From an uncultured Acidobacteriota bacterium (lineage in GTDB: Bacteria > Acidobacteriota > UBA6911): 64,000 bases of DNA. The notes below the pieces were generated by a model, which saw only the letters and a program-made list of their open reading frames with translations, had not been told where the DNA came from and searched no databases. A program made the translations under genes and the position numbers. Of the stretch, positions 1-13,824 are shown piece after piece. Positions within the stretch are counted from its first letter, which is position 1, and each line of letters begins with the position of its first letter. The stretch covers positions 192,001 through 256,000 of the forward strand of contig CAWHCF010000036.1 in the NCBI GenBank assembly GCA_963827655.1. The letters are read 5' to 3'.

Positions 1-1010
<1,010 letters not shown>

Positions 1011-1095
1011 CACGAAAACTCCTTCAATCCCATTGGCCGTGACCAGATCGGTCGCGGTGTGTCTGCATTGAGTACGGTCCTTCAAGCCTCGCCGA

Positions 1096-2775
1096 CTAGG
1101 CGCCCATCTGCCACGTACGGCCTGGCGTAGACGCCAGTAACTTCATGAGCGCATCGTGGTCGACCGGCTTTAACAGGTGGGCATCGAAACCGGCCTCGCG
1201 AGTCCGTTCGCGGTCCTGCTCCTGGCCCCAGCCCGTCAGCGCAATCAGCACCATGTCCTTGCCCCACGCCTGCTGGCGTATCTGGCGCGCGGCGTCGTAG
1301 CCGTTCAAATTCGGCATACCGATATCGAGCAACACCACCTGGGGCAGGAGCTTTGCGGCCGCTTCCACTGCTTCGAGGCCGTCGTGCGCCATCTTGACTT
1401 CATAGCCGGTCAGTTGCAGCAACAATGCCAGCGACTCCGCTGAATCGTGGTTGTCGTCCACGACCAGAACGAGGCGGGTGGTTGCAGGCTGTTCGCGCTG
1501 TCGACTCGGCTCTTGCGGCAGAGCGGACACGGCCGATTCGGCCAGGACGGGCAGGCGAACGATGAACTCGCTTCCCTGGTTGATACCGGCGCTGTGCACT
1601 TCCACGATTCCGCCATGCATCTCGACCAGGCGCCGCACCAGGGTGAGGCCGATGCCCAGCCCGCCCTGGGACCGCTCCAGCGAACGATCCGCCTGATAGA
1701 ACGTTTCGAATATACGGGGCAGGTGCTCGGGCGCGATGCCGACGCCGGTGTCCTTGACCCGGATGACCACTTCTCTGTCATCCCTTGTTTCTTTCTCCGA
1801 GGGAAGAGTACTGGATGCTGAAGGGACCAGCTCAACGCTCAGCCAGACGCTGCCCCCATGCGGTGTGTACCGGGTCGCATTGTTGAGCAGGTTTATCAAT
1901 ACCTGGGTCAGGCGAACCACGTCGACGCTCACGCAAACCGGGTCCGGCGGCAGCCTGAGGCTGACTTTATGGCCCCGCTTGTCGATGAGCGGGCGCGTCG
2001 ATTCCACCGCGCCTCTGACGATCTCGGCCAGTTCGGCAGGCTCTCTGCGGAGTTCCAGCTGGTTTCGGGTAATGCGGCTGACGTCCAGAAGGTCGTCAAT
2101 CAGACGGGTCAGGTGGTCCAGCTGCCGATCTATCACCTCCCGGCTCCATTTAAGCTCGGGGTCAGGCGATTCCTTGAGACCAAGCACTTCTATGGCGTTT
2201 CGCATGGGAGCCAGCGGGTTGCGCAGCTCGTGAGCCAGTGTCGCTAAGAACTCATCCTTACGCCGGTCAGCCTCCCTGAGGGCTTCCTCACTGTGTCGCA
2301 GGCGCGTTGTGGTCGCTTCCAGATCCGCGGTCCTTTCTGCAACCCGCTGCTCGAGCTCGCGATTCAGCCGTTCCAACTGCTGCGTCTTGCGATACAAATC
2401 CGCGAACACGCCGACCTTGGCTCGCAGGATTTCCGGAATGACCGGCACCGGAACGTAGTCCACGGCGCCGCATTCGTACCCCCTGAGCCGGTCGAGGTCC
2501 GTCAGATGGACGGCGGAAATGAAGATAATCGCAGTCTTCTGGAACCGGGGGTGCTCTCGGATCATGGACGCCAGTTCAAAACCGTCGAGCTCCGGCATGC
2601 ACACGTCGACGAGAACCACGGCAACATCCGTCTTCAACAGGTGCTCCAGGGCTTCCCGCGCCGAGCCGGCCTTGATCAGGTTCGCTCCCAGACTGCCGAG
2701 AATGGTCTCATAGGTGAGGAGCTTGGCCGGCTGATCATCGACCAGCAGGATGTTGATGTTGTCGTTGCTCGTCAT
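1096..2775 (-). CDS. Hybrid sensor kinase (REC-HisKA-HATPase-REC)
   Basis: ILLVDD receiver, FLATLAHELRNPL H-box, NLLNNA N-box, DTGVG and GGLGIGL G-boxes, C-terminal receiver; likely start MTSNDN at 2775. Confidence 0.93.
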   Translation of the reverse strand: MTSNDNINILLVDDQPAKLLTYETILGSLGANLIKAGSAREALEHLLKTDVAVVLVDVCMPELDGFELASMIREHPRFQKTAIIFISAVHLTDLDRLRGYECGAVDYVPVPVIPEILRAKVGVFADLYRKTQQLERLNRELEQRVAERTADLEATTTRLRHSEEALREADRRKDEFLATLAHELRNPLAPMRNAIEVLGLKESPDPELKWSREVIDRQLDHLTRLIDDLLDVSRITRNQLELRREPAELAEIVRGAVESTRPLIDKRGHKVSLRLPPDPVCVSVDVVRLTQVLINLLNNATRYTPHGGSVWLSVELVPSASSTLPSEKETRDDREVVIRVKDTGVGIAPEHLPRIFETFYQADRSLERSQGGLGIGLTLVRRLVEMHGGIVEVHSAGINQGSEFIVRLPVLAESAVSALPQEPSRQREQPATTRLVLVVDDNHDSAESLALLLQLTGYEVKMAHDGLEAVEAAAKLLPQVVLLDIGMPNLNGYDAARQIRQQAWGKDMVLIALTGWGQEQDRERTREAGFDAHLLKPVDHDALMKLLASTPGRTWQMGA

Positions 2776-2789
2776 GGCGTCCCTCGGAA

Positions 2790-5700
2790 CTAGCGGTGCA
2801 GGCACATGCGCAGCGCCGATAACAATTGTTCGGTGTTGACCGGTTTTGCCAGGTAGTCGGAAGCCCCGGCTTCCAGGCATTTCTCGCGATCGCCTTTCAT
2901 GGCTTTGGCGGTAAGGGCGATGATCGGCAGGCGCCGGAAGGACGCGTTCTGACGAATCACCTGCATGGTCTGAAAGCCGTCCATCTCCGGCATCATGATG
3001 TCCATCAGCACAACGGCCAGGTCAGGGGTGCGTTCGAGGATCTCGACCGCCTCGCGGCCGGTGGTCGCCGTGAGCACCGTCATACCGCGACGCTCCAGCA
3101 CGCTGCTCAAAGCGAAGATGTTCCGCACGTCATCATCGACGACAAGCACCGGCTTGCCCACCAGGTCTTCGTCGGAGCGGTGCAGCCGGTCGAGCATCTC
3201 CCGCTTGTCCGACGGCAGTTCGGTCACGATCCGGTGCAGGAACAACGCCGTTTCATCCAGCAGCCGTTCGGGCGATTCGACGCCCTTGACGACCACGCTC
3301 CGGGCCATCGTATGCAGCCGAGCGTCCTCTTCCGGCGACAACTCCTTGCCGGTGAAGACCACCACCGGTAGATCGCGCAGCGCGTGGTCATCGCGGATGC
3401 GCTCCAGCACTTCGAAGCCCGACATGTCCGGCAGACGCAGGTCAAGAACCGCACAGTCGACACCGCTGGCCGTGTAGAGCATCCAGGGCCTCCGCGCCCG
3501 TACCGGCGTGTGAGAATGTCGATATCACTATGAGCCAGCAACTCCGTTATGCTCAACTGCTCGGCGGCATCATCTTCCACCACCAGCAGGCGCTTGCGGC
3601 GGCGCGTGGCGTAGTCCTTGATCCGGGACAGGGCGGCCTGCAGGCCCTCGGTTGTGGTGGGCTTGGTTACGAAGGCGAAAGCCCCGCGGGACAGTCCGTC
3701 CTGCCGGTCTTCGTCCAGCGTGATGATCTGCACCGGGATGTGCCGGGTGGCCGGATCCTGCTTCAGTTGACTCAGGACCGTCCAGCCGAGCATATCGGGC
3801 AGGAAGATGTCCAGCGAGACTGCCGCCGGCCGGAACTGGCGGACGAGATCGAGGCCTTCAGCGCCACGCGCGGCCACCAGTACTTTGAACCCCTGTTCAT
3901 GGGCCAGGTCGACCAGCGCGCGGGCATAATGCGGGTCGTCCTCGACAATCAACAACGGTGGCATCTTCGGGCTGCAAGTTGTCACGGTCGTCCAGGACCT
4001 TCTCGGCCGGGCGTTCGGGCAAGCGCACCGCCGGGAATCCCGCAGATTGGCGACGGAGCGCTCTTTCGCCCTTGGTCCGAATGATAATGGACGGCCCGGC
4101 GTAGCGTTGCGGCAGGAAGAGCGTAAACGCGCTGCCCGCGCCCGGTGTACTCCGCAACTGGATTTCGCCGCCCAGCAGGTTGGCGAGCTCCCGGCTGATG
4201 GCCAACCCCAGCCCGGTCCCTCCATACTTCCGGTTCGTGCTTGCGTCGGCTTGCTGGAAGGCCTCAAAAACGATCTTCTGTTTTTCAGGCAGGATACCGA
4301 TGCCCGTATCCGAGACCTCGAAGGCTACGACTGTCGTCGCCCCTTTGAGGACCGGGTGGTCGGGGTTCCAACCGGATGTGGCAGCCGAGACGTTCAGTCG
4401 CACTCCGCCGTGCTCGGTAAACTTGAACGCGTTCGACAACAAGTTCTTCAGCACCTGCTGCAGACGCTTCGAGTCGGTGAAGATGCTGCGGCCCAGGTGG
4501 GAATCCACAGTTGCTTCGAACGAGAGCCGGCGGCTTTCGGCCTCGTGACGGAAAGTACGCCCCACCGCCTCCAGCAGATTGGCGATGAGGACATCCTCCG
4601 CATCCACCGTAACGGTGCCGGATTCGATCTTCGAGAGATCGAGGATGTCCGTAATCAGGTTCAACAGGTCGGACCCTGCGCCGTGGATGGTGCGGGCAAA
4701 CTCGACCTGCTTGGCCGTCAGGTTGCCCTCGGGGTTGTCGCTGAGCTGCTGGCCCAGGATCAGAATGCTGTTGAGCGGGGTCCTCAACTCGTGCGACATG
4801 TTGGCCAGGAACTCTGACTTGTATTTGGAGGTCAGTGCCAGCTCGGCGGCTTTCTCTTCGAGCGCCCCGCGGGCTTGCTCGATTTGCTGATTCTTGCGCT
4901 CGACCTCGGCGTTCTGCTCGGCGAGCTGTTGTGCCTTCTGGGCCAGCTGGTCATTGGTCTGCTGCAACTCCCTTTGCTGCGCTTGCAGCTCGGCGGCCAG
5001 TTGCTGCGATTGCTTCAGCAGTCCTTCGGTCTGCATCGTGGCCTCGATGCTGTTGAGCACGATGCCGATGCTGGCGGTCAGCTGTTCCAAAAACACCAGA
5101 TGGGAGGGAGCGAAGTCGTTCAGCGAGGCCAGCCCCAGCACGGCCTTGAGCTGATCCTCGAAGACCACGGGGAACACGACGACGCTGCGGGGCACGGCGT
5201 TGAAGAATACGGAACCGACCGATATGGTGTCGGGCGGAACTTTCGTCACCAGGATGCGCCGCCGGTCTGCCGCGCATTGCCCGAGAAACCCCTGACCCAA
5301 CTCGAGCCGTGAGGGATAGCCGTTGCCGTGCGCATTGCCATAGCTGGCCAGCATCCGCAGATGGGGCTCACCTTCAGTAGACATCTGATAGATGAGGCCC
5401 TGATGGGCGTTAACCAGCGGCACAAGTTCGGACAGTAGCATTTTGCCGACATTGGCCAGATCGCGCTGGCCCTGCAGCATGCCGGTAAACCGCGCCAGGT
5501 TAGTCTTGAGCCAATCCTGTTCGGTGTTGCGATCGGTAGTGAGCCGCAGGTTACCGATCATCGTGTTGATGTTGTCCTTCAGCTCGGCGACCTCGCCGCG
5601 GGCCTGAACCTGGATGGAACGGGTCAGGTCGCCCTTAGTCACAGCCGTGGCGACCTCGGCAATGGCGCGCACCTGCGTGGTCAGGTTGGCGGCGAGCAGA

Positions 5701-8237
5701 TTGACGTTGGCGGTGAGGTCTTTCCAGGTGCCGGCCGCGCCGGGTACGTTGGCCTGCCCGCCCAGCCTCCCTTCCACGCCCACTTCGCGGGCTACAGTCG
5801 TTACCTGATCGGCGAAGATGGCCAGCGTGTCGGTCACGCTGTTGATCGTGCCGGCCAGCGCAGCGACTTCTCCCTTGGATTCGACCATGAGCTTCTGCTG
5901 CAGGTCGCCATTGGCCACGGCGGTCACTACCTTGACGATGCCCCGGACCTGGTTGGTGAGGTTGGCAGCCATGACGTTTACGTTGTCGGTCAGATCTTTC
6001 CAGGTGCCTGCCACCCCCTTGACCTCGGCCTGGCCGCCCAGTTTCCCTTCCGTCCCCACCTCGCGGGCCACGCGCGTCACCTCGGCGGCAAACGCATTAA
6101 GCTGGTCGACCATGGTGTTAATCGTGTTTTTCAGCTCCAGGATTTCGCCCTTCACGTCCACCGTGATCTTGCGCGACAGGTCGCCGCGCGCCACGGCCGT
6201 GGTCACTTCGGCGATGTTGCGCACCTGGGCCGTGAGGTTATTGGCCATCGAGTTCACGCTGTCGGTCAAGTCCTTCCAGGTTCCGGCCACGCCGAGCACC
6301 TGAGCCTGTCCGCCGAGCCGTCCTTCGGTGCCCACCTCGCGCGCCACACGGGTAACTTCCGAGGCGAATGCGTTTAGCTGGTCGACCATTGTATTTATCG
6401 TATTCTTCAGCTCGAGAATCTCGCCGCTGACAGCCACGGTGATCTTCTTGGAGAGGTCGCCGCGCGCGATAGCCGTGGCGACGTCGGCTATGTTGCGCAC
6501 CTGGCCCGTCAAGTTGCCGGCCATCGAGTTAACGTTGTCGGTAAGGTCCTTCCACGTTCCGGCCACTCCCGGGACTTGAGCCTGCCCGCCGAGCTTGCCT
6601 TCGGTACCCACCTCGCGGGCCACGCGCGTCACCTCCGACGCGAAGGCGTTGAGTTGATCCACCATGGTGTTGATGGTGTTCTTCAGCTCGAGAATTTCGC
6701 CACGCACATCGACGGTGATTTTGCGCGATAGATCGCCACGGGCCACAGCGGTAGTCACCTCGGCGATGTTGCGCACCTGGGACGTGAGATTGCCGGCCAT
6801 GGCGTTGACGCTGTCGGTCAGGTCCTTCCATGTTCCGGCCACACCAGCAACACCGCCTGCCCGCCCAGCTTGCCATCCGTGCCGACCTCGCGGGCCACGC
6901 GCGTCACTTCGCTGGCAAACGACCGCAACTGGTCCACCATCGTGTTGATGGCTTCCTTCAGCTGCAGAATCTCGCCGCGCACGTCGGCGGTGATCTTGCG
7001 TGACAGGTCACCGCTGGCCACCGCGATAGTTACGTCGGCGATGTTGCGGACTTGAGTCGTCAGGTTTCCCGCCATCGAGTTGACACTGTCGGTGAGGTCT
7101 TTCCATGTACCTGCTACGCCCGGCACCTGCGCCTGCCCGCCGAGTCGCCCTTCGGTGCCTACCTCGCGCGCCACACGCGTAACCTCGCCGGCAAACGCGT
7201 TGAGCTGGTCGACCATCGTATTGATCGTGTTCTTCAGCTCCAGGATTTCACCCTTTACGTCCACCGCGATCTTCCGTGACAAGTCCCCGCGAGCGACGGC
7301 CGTCGTCACCTGAGCGATGTTCCGCACCTGGTCGGTCAGGTTGCCGCACATGGCATTGACCGAGTCGGTCAAATCCTTCCAGGTTCCGGCCACGCCGGGA
7401 ACGATCGCTTGCCCGCCCAGTTTGCCATCCGTGCCGACCTCGCGGGCCACGCGCGTCACTTCGCTCGCAAACGAGCGCAGCTGATCCACCATCGTGTTGA
7501 TGGCTTCCTTCAGCTGCAGAATTTCGCCTCGCACGTCCACAGTGATCTTCTTGGAGAGGTCCCCGTTGGCCACCGCGATAGTCACGTCGGCGATGTTGCG
7601 GACCTGAGCCGTCAAGTTTCCCGCCATCGAGTTGACGCTGTCGGTAAGGTCTTTCCAAGCGCCGCTTACCTCGCGAACCTGCGCCTGCCCGCCGAGCTTG
7701 CCGTCGGTCCCGACTTCGCGCGCCACACGAGTGACCTCGGAGGTAAACACGCCGAGTTGCTGGATCATCGAGTTGACAATGGTGGCCGAGCGCAGGAACT
7801 CCCCTTCGAGCGCCCGTCCGTCCACGTCCGAGGCGCACGGTTTGCAGCAGGTCACCCTGGGATACGGCCAGGATGGCCCGGGTGATTTCCCTGGTGGGCC
7901 AGAGCAGGTCGCTGATGAGCGTATTGAGCGAGGCTTCCATCTCGCCCCATGCTCCGGTGGGCCGGCCAAAACTGACGCGGTGGCGTGTCTTCCCTTCCTT
8001 ACCCAGGACCTTCCCGACGCGCTCCAGTTCCTGAGCCATTCTCCCGTTGGTGGCGATGATTTCATTGAACGTGTCGGCGATCTTTCCGCCCAGCCCCGTC
8101 CAATCGCCCGGCAGCCGCGCGGAAAAGTCCCCGTCGCGCACGCGCTGGAGGGCATGGAGTAATTCGCGGAGGTCCAGGGGAGTTTGCGCCACAGCATCAT
8201 TGGCTTGCAGCAGTCTATCCTTTGCTTTCATTCCCAA
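2790..8237 (-). CDS. Large poly-HAMP hybrid histidine kinase (HAMP repeats-GAF-HisKA-HATPase-3xREC), about 1800 aa, broken by about 4 frameshifts
   Basis: Five overlapping ORF pieces continue one protein: ~92-aa repeats ([19 protein letters not shown]...GTWKDLT), [22 protein letters not shown], three receivers. Frame changes near 7840, 6850, 3955 and 3500. Confidence 0.88.
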
Positions 8238-8463
8238 GTCCTGATATGTGTCTCGTAATGAATTACAGCGGCTTTCGGCTCATCCTGATCTGGTTCAGGT
8301 TAGAGAAACACACTGGAGGATTTTGTACCGTGAAAACACTAGGGCGACAAGTGAAATTCCCGCTGGAGAAGGCACTTCGACAGCAAGAGAGGCGTTCGCA
8401 ATTACGTTAATTTATTGGAATGCGGAAACGCCTGGACTCTGGCCATTCCGTGGCACGGCTCGC

Positions 8464-8667
8464 GCCCTGAAAGGGCGACGGAAACTAGCCGGGGGCAAGC
8501 GAAGCGCAGCCCCCGGTTTACACAAGAAAAGAGACGCGCCCCGGAGGGGCGCTGGACGCTGCCCTCTCAATGCTCCTGCGCCCCTGCAGGGCGCGTGGAC
8601 ATAATCCCGCAAACCCCGGGCTGCGCTTCGCTTGCCCGGGGCTAATTTCCGTCGCCCCTCCCGGGGC
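8464..8667. repeat. Long REP-like inverted repeat
   Basis: GGGCGACGGAAACTAGCCGGGGGCAAGCGAAGCGCAGCCC (8473-8512) pairs imperfectly with GGGCTGCGCTTCGCTTGCCCGGGGCTAATTTCCGTCGCCC (8618-8657); intergenic. Confidence 0.8.
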
Positions 8668-8911
8668 AAAATCGCCAAGACCGATGGTTCTCCCTCGTTC
8701 CGATCCTCGAATAGCGCATCACCTCGCGCGAGCCTATCCAGTCGTGCGTAGTGCGTTACACGTGGTCTGCGCATTCATCGGTTGTTGCATAACCGCCGTG
8801 AACTACGCTCCTTCAGAGATTCAGGGCAAAAATCCCGGATCCTCTTGCTTCGCACAATTCCGCCAACCGAGGACTGCCCATCTCACGTCGACTCTCATCC
8901 GAGATCGACGC

Positions 8912-9223
8912 CTATGAATGCCGCGGCGTCCGGCGAAGCAATTTTGCCAAACCAAGGTGGCAGCAAGCTGCCGTACTCCAAAATGCATCACCGCAATTGC
9001 GAAATTCGTTACTGGCGCAGCCTGCCGTTATTTTCTTCTTTGATGAAGACTTCTTGCGCGGCACCTTGGCACCCGCGCGCCGGGCCTGGGACAATCCGAT
9101 GGCGATCGCCTGCTTCCGGCTCTTTACCTTCTTGCCGGATCGTCCGCTCTTCAGAGTCCCTTTCTTTCGCTCGCGCATTGCCTTCTCGACCTTCTCAGAC
9201 GCTTTCTTGCCGTACTTAGCCAT
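8912..9223 (-). CDS. Small basic DUF6496-like protein
   Basis: MAKYGKKASEKVEKAMRERKKGTLKSGRSGKKVKSRKQAIAIGLSQARRAGAKVP; GAGG upstream. The true stop is probably near 9028 if the A-run has one extra base. Confidence 0.8.
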   Translation of the reverse strand: MAKYGKKASEKVEKAMRERKKGTLKSGRSGKKVKSRKQAIAIGLSQARRAGAKVPRKKSSSKKKITAGCASNEFRNCGDAFWSTAACCHLGLAKLLRRTPRHS

Positions 9224-9310
9224 CACTGACCTCCTCGGAGTCGTTCGTCGTTCGGAGGACCTGGATGCATCAATCGTGCCTGTCAGGTTTTCCCGATTGA
9301 ACACCGGTCG

Positions 9311-10078
9311 CTAGCGCATCCAATCAGCCGCTGATTTGATAAGCTCCGGCGGTATTTGATGCCCGCCGTCGAACTCCTCGAATCGGACGCTGTAGCCGGC
9401 CTGCTTCAGCAGCGGGACGATTCGACGGCTGCACTGGTCGATCGGCAGGATACGGTCCCTGACGCCGTGGGATATGCAAACGACCGGGCGTCCGCGCTGC
9501 GGGTCGATCGGGATAAGGAATCCGGGAGAGAAGGCCAAAACGCGACTAAAGAGGTCCCCGTTGGCAAGACCGAGAGCGAGCGCATAAGTGGCGCCGTCGG
9601 AAAAGCCCGAAAGCACAAGGCGCGCAGCGTTCACGGCGCACCGTTCGAAGACCCAGCCCAGTGCGCGGTCGATGAATTCGACGTCAGGTCCGAACCCGCC
9701 GCCGATGGCGTCCCAGGTCGTGGCGCGCGAGTCGGGCGCCAGGAGCACCGCGCCGGTATCATCGGCGAGCGACGAGAGTCTCGTAACCATCGCGCGCCCA
9801 TCCTGCGTGGCCCCGTGCAGTGCTACGATGAGAGGCGCCGGCCTGGTGGAGTCACGCGATGCTGGAACGTACACGAGCGCATCGCGCGGAGAAGCGAGCC
9901 GAAGCGTGTGGAGGCCGGCCGCAAGCGACGATTTCGGCGCCGCCACGCGCGCGTTGAGCCGAGCGAAATCACGTGACTGCGGGCGCCAGAATCGTGACGA
10001 AGCAAGCAGCGCTACGCCCGCCGCCCCGAAGGCCAGGAACGCGCGCCGTGAGATGCAAGTCGACCGAAACACGCACAA
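9311..10078 (-). CDS. Phospholipase/carboxylesterase-family alpha/beta hydrolase with Tat-like leader
   Basis: ISRRAFL leader, LHGA, GFSDG nucleophile motif, HGVRDRIL, FDGGH. Start uncertain. Confidence 0.85.
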   Translation of the reverse strand: MCVFRSTCISRRAFLAFGAAGVALLASSRFWRPQSRDFARLNARVAAPKSSLAAGLHTLRLASPRDALVYVPASRDSTRPAPLIVALHGATQDGRAMVTRLSSLADDTGAVLLAPDSRATTWDAIGGGFGPDVEFIDRALGWVFERCAVNAARLVLSGFSDGATYALALGLANGDLFSRVLAFSPGFLIPIDPQRGRPVVCISHGVRDRILPIDQCSRRIVPLLKQAGYSVRFEEFDGGHQIPPELIKSAADWMR

Positions 10079-10200
10079 ACGTTACACAGTGAGCGGACAT
10101 CGAACAACCGCCGAATTAAATCCTCCTCAGATTTCCGCGAGGCGCAAACATTTCGCGAACGAAGACGCATCGGCAAGCGTCTCAATCCGGAGGGATTAAA

Positions 10201-12648
10201 ATGTTTCAAGACCTGCGTTACGGCGCGCGGATGCTGCTGACGAATCCCGGCTTCACTGCCGTGGTGGTGACTGACGCTCGCGCTGGGCATAGGCGCCAAC
10301 GCGGCGCTCTTTTCGGTGGTCAATGGCGTGCTGCTCAATCCGCTGCCTTATCCGCAACCCGAGCAGCTCGTGTCGATCCATCAAAGCAAGCCGAATTTCG
10401 AAACCGGCGCCATCCCCTACCCGAATTTTCGCGACCTGCAAAAAGAGAACCGGACGTTCTCGGCCATGGCCATTTCGCGGGGGTACGGCTTCAGTCTGAT
10501 CGGCATGGGCGAAGCCGAGCGCGTCAGCGCGCAGCTGGTTTCCGCGGACTTCTTCTCTGTCCTCGGGCTCAAGCCCGCGCTTGGGCGGGTTTTTGCGCCG
10601 GGCGAAGATGAGCGCGGCGCCGGACCTGTGGCCCTCATCAGCGCCGACCTCTGGCAGCGCAAATTCGGCGGCGCGCCGGACACGCTGGGCAAAAACCTTA
10701 CCCTGGACGACCGAAGCTACACGATCGTCGGTGTGATCCCTTCAGGCTTCAATCTTCGAGTCAGCACCTTTCGCAACGCCGATGTCTACGTGCCGATCGG
10801 CCAGTGGAACAATCCCGCGCTGCAGAGCCGTAGCGCCGCTTTGGGGCTCCACGGGATTGGCCGGCTCAAGCCTGGCGTCGCCATCGAGCAGGCGCAGGCC
10901 GACCTGGACAGAGTGATGCGGGATCTCGCCGCCGCTTATCCCGCCACCAACAGGGGCAACGGCGCGAAGCTCGTCCCGCTCAAAAAGAGGATGGTCGGCG
11001 ACATCGGAGTGATCCTGTGGATGTTGCTGGGCGCGGTCGGGTTCGTGCTGCTGATCGCGTGCGTGAATGTCAGCAATCTGCTGCTCGCGCGCTCGACCGG
11101 CAGGACACGCGAATTCGCCATTCGGGCGGCGCTGGGCGCGGGCCAGTGGCGCTTGCTCCGCCAATCTCTCACCGAGAGCACACTGCTGGCCCTGTCCGGC
11201 GGCGGACTGGGGCTCCTGGTCGCAGCCTGGGGCACGCGAGCCGCGCTCGGCGCGCTGCCCGCCACGTCTGCCGCGCGCGGAAGAGATCGGACTGGATGGC
11301 CGCGTCCTGCTCTTCACCTTTGCCATTTCGCTGCTGACCGGGATTCTGTCCGGCCTGGCTCCGGCGCTCAAGACTTCGCAGTGGCGTTTGTCGGAAACGC
11401 TCAAGGAAGGCGGACGCGGGGCGAGCCGCGGGCGACTGCGCGCGCAGGGCGTCCTGGTCGCGGTTGAGATGGCGCTGGCGCTGGTCTTGTTGATCGGCGC
11501 GGGATTGATGATTCGCAGCCTCAACGCGCTCTGGAACGTCGATCCGGGCTTTCGTCCGGACAATATGCTGACCTTCGGACTGAACTTTCCGCCGTCCATG
11601 CGAACGGCCAGCCCGGAAGCGGTTCGCTCCACCCTGCGCGAGCTCAGTGACCAGCTCAACTCCACGCCAGGTGTCCAGGCAGCTTCATTCTCGGAGGGCG
11701 CATTTCCGCTGCTGGACGAGGACGACCTGTTCTTCTGGCTCGATGACCAGCCCAAACCTGCGAGTCAAAGCGAGATGAACATGGCGTTGGTGTATCAGGT
11801 CGAGGAGGGCTATCTGACGGCCATGGGCATTCCTCTCAAGCATGGCCGCTTCTTCACCGATCAAGATGATGAACGATCTCAGCCCGTCGCGGTGATTGAC
11901 GAGGTTTTGGCCCGCAAATATTTCGGCAACGCAGACCCCGTCGGCAAACGAATCCGCCTGGACGACGACCAGGCCCCGTTGCAGATCATCGGGGTGGTCG
12001 GGCACGTGAAGCAGTGGAACCTCCATTCGAACGAGAAGCAATCGCTCCAGGCTCAGCTCTACCTCCCGTTCAGGGCATTGTCGGATGACCAGATGAGGGC
12101 AGGGATTTCCGGCGTGAGAGTGGTGGCGCGTTCCGAAGGAGCGACTCCGGCATCTCTTCGATTCGCTCCGCCGGGTCGTTCAAAGCCAGAACAGCCAGAA
12201 TGTCATCTCCAGACCTCAGACGATGAATGAAGTGATTGCCGGCTCGCTGGCCACGCGGCGGTTCTCAATGACACTGCTCAATGCATTTGCTGTAGTGGCG
12301 CTGCTGCTGGCGAGCGTCGGTCTGTACGGCGTCATTTCGTATCTCGTCGGCCAGCGCACCCGCGAATTCGGCATCCGCCTCGCGCTGGGCGCGCGCCGCC
12401 CGGACATTCTCCGTCTCGTCTTGAATCACGGCATGAAGATGGCGCTGGGCGGCGTGGCGCTCGGGCTCGTCGCCGCGTTGGGAATGACCCGGCTGCTGGC
12501 AGGAATGCTGTACGGCGTGAGCGCGACCGATCCGGCGACGTTCGCGGTTATTGCGCTAGTACTGACGGCGGTGGGGCTGCTGGCCTGCTTCGTTCCGGCA
12601 TGGCGTGCGACGAAGGTAGACCCGCTGGTGGCGTTGCGGCACGAATAA
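10201..12648 (+). CDS. ADOP-type (MacB/FtsX duplicated) ABC permease, frameshifted
   Basis: MFQDLRYGARML..., LLIACVNVSNLLLAR, REFAIRAALGAG, REFGIRLALGA, KVDPLVALRHE; frame changes near 10272, 11268 and 12158. Confidence 0.9.
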
Positions 12649-12965
12649 GAAGATTTCTGATTCCCCGCAAGCGGCTCGGTTTCGCTTCCGGCTCTGGTTG
12701 ATCGCGTGATCGGCATCGCTCATCGATTAGAATGGATCGCAAGGCGCGGGAGGGCAGACGCCGCTCGTCTTCGTTCACGGAGTCGAAGGAAGTAAGACCG
12801 ACGCCCCATGAAATGTTTTTGCGAACGCCTCTTAACCTAGTGAAACCAGAGGGCACCGAATACGTCCGGTGGAAAAATGAATTTCAAGGGTTCAGCCCCG
12901 GCAACGTCGCCGGCAGCTCGAATCGCGAATTCCAACCTCGTTTCTTAACCATTGAAAGGAAAAGC

Positions 12966-13583
12966 ATGACGAGCTATTTGCGGTATCGGATCATGGCCGG
13001 CCTCGCCACGATCGCCTTAGGACAGCCGGTGTTTGCGGATGATGATCTCAGAGCGCCACGTGTTCCGCCTGCCATTCAGGTGCCGGCGGGCAACACACCC
13101 TTTCTCGAGGGTCAGGCGGTAGGCACACAGAATTACGTCTGTCTTCCCTCAGCCTCCGGCTTCTCCTGGACGTTGTTCGGACCGCAAGCGACGCTGTTCT
13201 TTACCTTTAAAATCTCAAACAGCGAGATTCAGCAGCAGATAACGACCCACTTTCTCAGTGCCAACCCGGATGAGAATGGAATGCCTCGGCCTACCTGGCA
13301 GAGCTCCTTCGATACCAGCGCGGTCTGGGGCAGATCAATCGCATCCTCGATGGATTCGAATTTCGTCGCGTCGGGTGCGATTCCCTGGTTGTTGCTCCAG
13401 GTGGTTGGAACTGAGCGCGGACCCACGGGCGGCGATTTCCTCACGCAGACCACTTACATCCACCGGCTGAACACTTCCGGAGGTGTCGCGCCCTCAACCG
13501 GTTGCAGCCAATCAACGAACGTCGGCGCCACCACGCTCGTGCCATACACCGCCGACTACTTCTTCTACAGGGCCAGCCGATAG
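12966..13583 (+). CDS. Secreted DUF3455-like protein
   Basis: AAGGA RBS, signal peptide, GTQNYVC, AIPWLLL, IHRLNTSGGVAP, VPYTADYFFY. Confidence 0.85.
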   Translation: MTSYLRYRIMAGLATIALGQPVFADDDLRAPRVPPAIQVPAGNTPFLEGQAVGTQNYVCLPSASGFSWTLFGPQATLFFTFKISNSEIQQQITTHFLSANPDENGMPRPTWQSSFDTSAVWGRSIASSMDSNFVASGAIPWLLLQVVGTERGPTGGDFLTQTTYIHRLNTSGGVAPSTGCSQSTNVGATTLVPYTADYFFYRASR

Positions 13584-13824
13584 GCCGGAGCGGACTGGCG
13601 TTTTGGTCGTGCCGTCGCGTGGACAGCGATGTCGTTCGCGACGGCACGGTCTTGCCCACCATTCCACGGCCTCAGCCTTACACGCACCTTGGTGTTTCTT
13701 CGTGTCTTCGTGTCCTGGTGGTATTCTTGTTTCGCACACCAAAATTTGGAGCATCCCAGGATGGCGGCTCGATATATACTAACCTCCGGAATTTGACGCC
13801 AAAAACAAAATTCCGGGTCGATAT

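Noticed and set aside
5500-7800. Periodic DNA repeats considered as a CRISPR array
   Set aside because: They are 276-bp coding HAMP units with no unique spacers and no cas genes.
8248-8917. Several 100-120 aa ORFs over the intergenic region
   Set aside because: They are translations of the palindromic repeat with no family signal.
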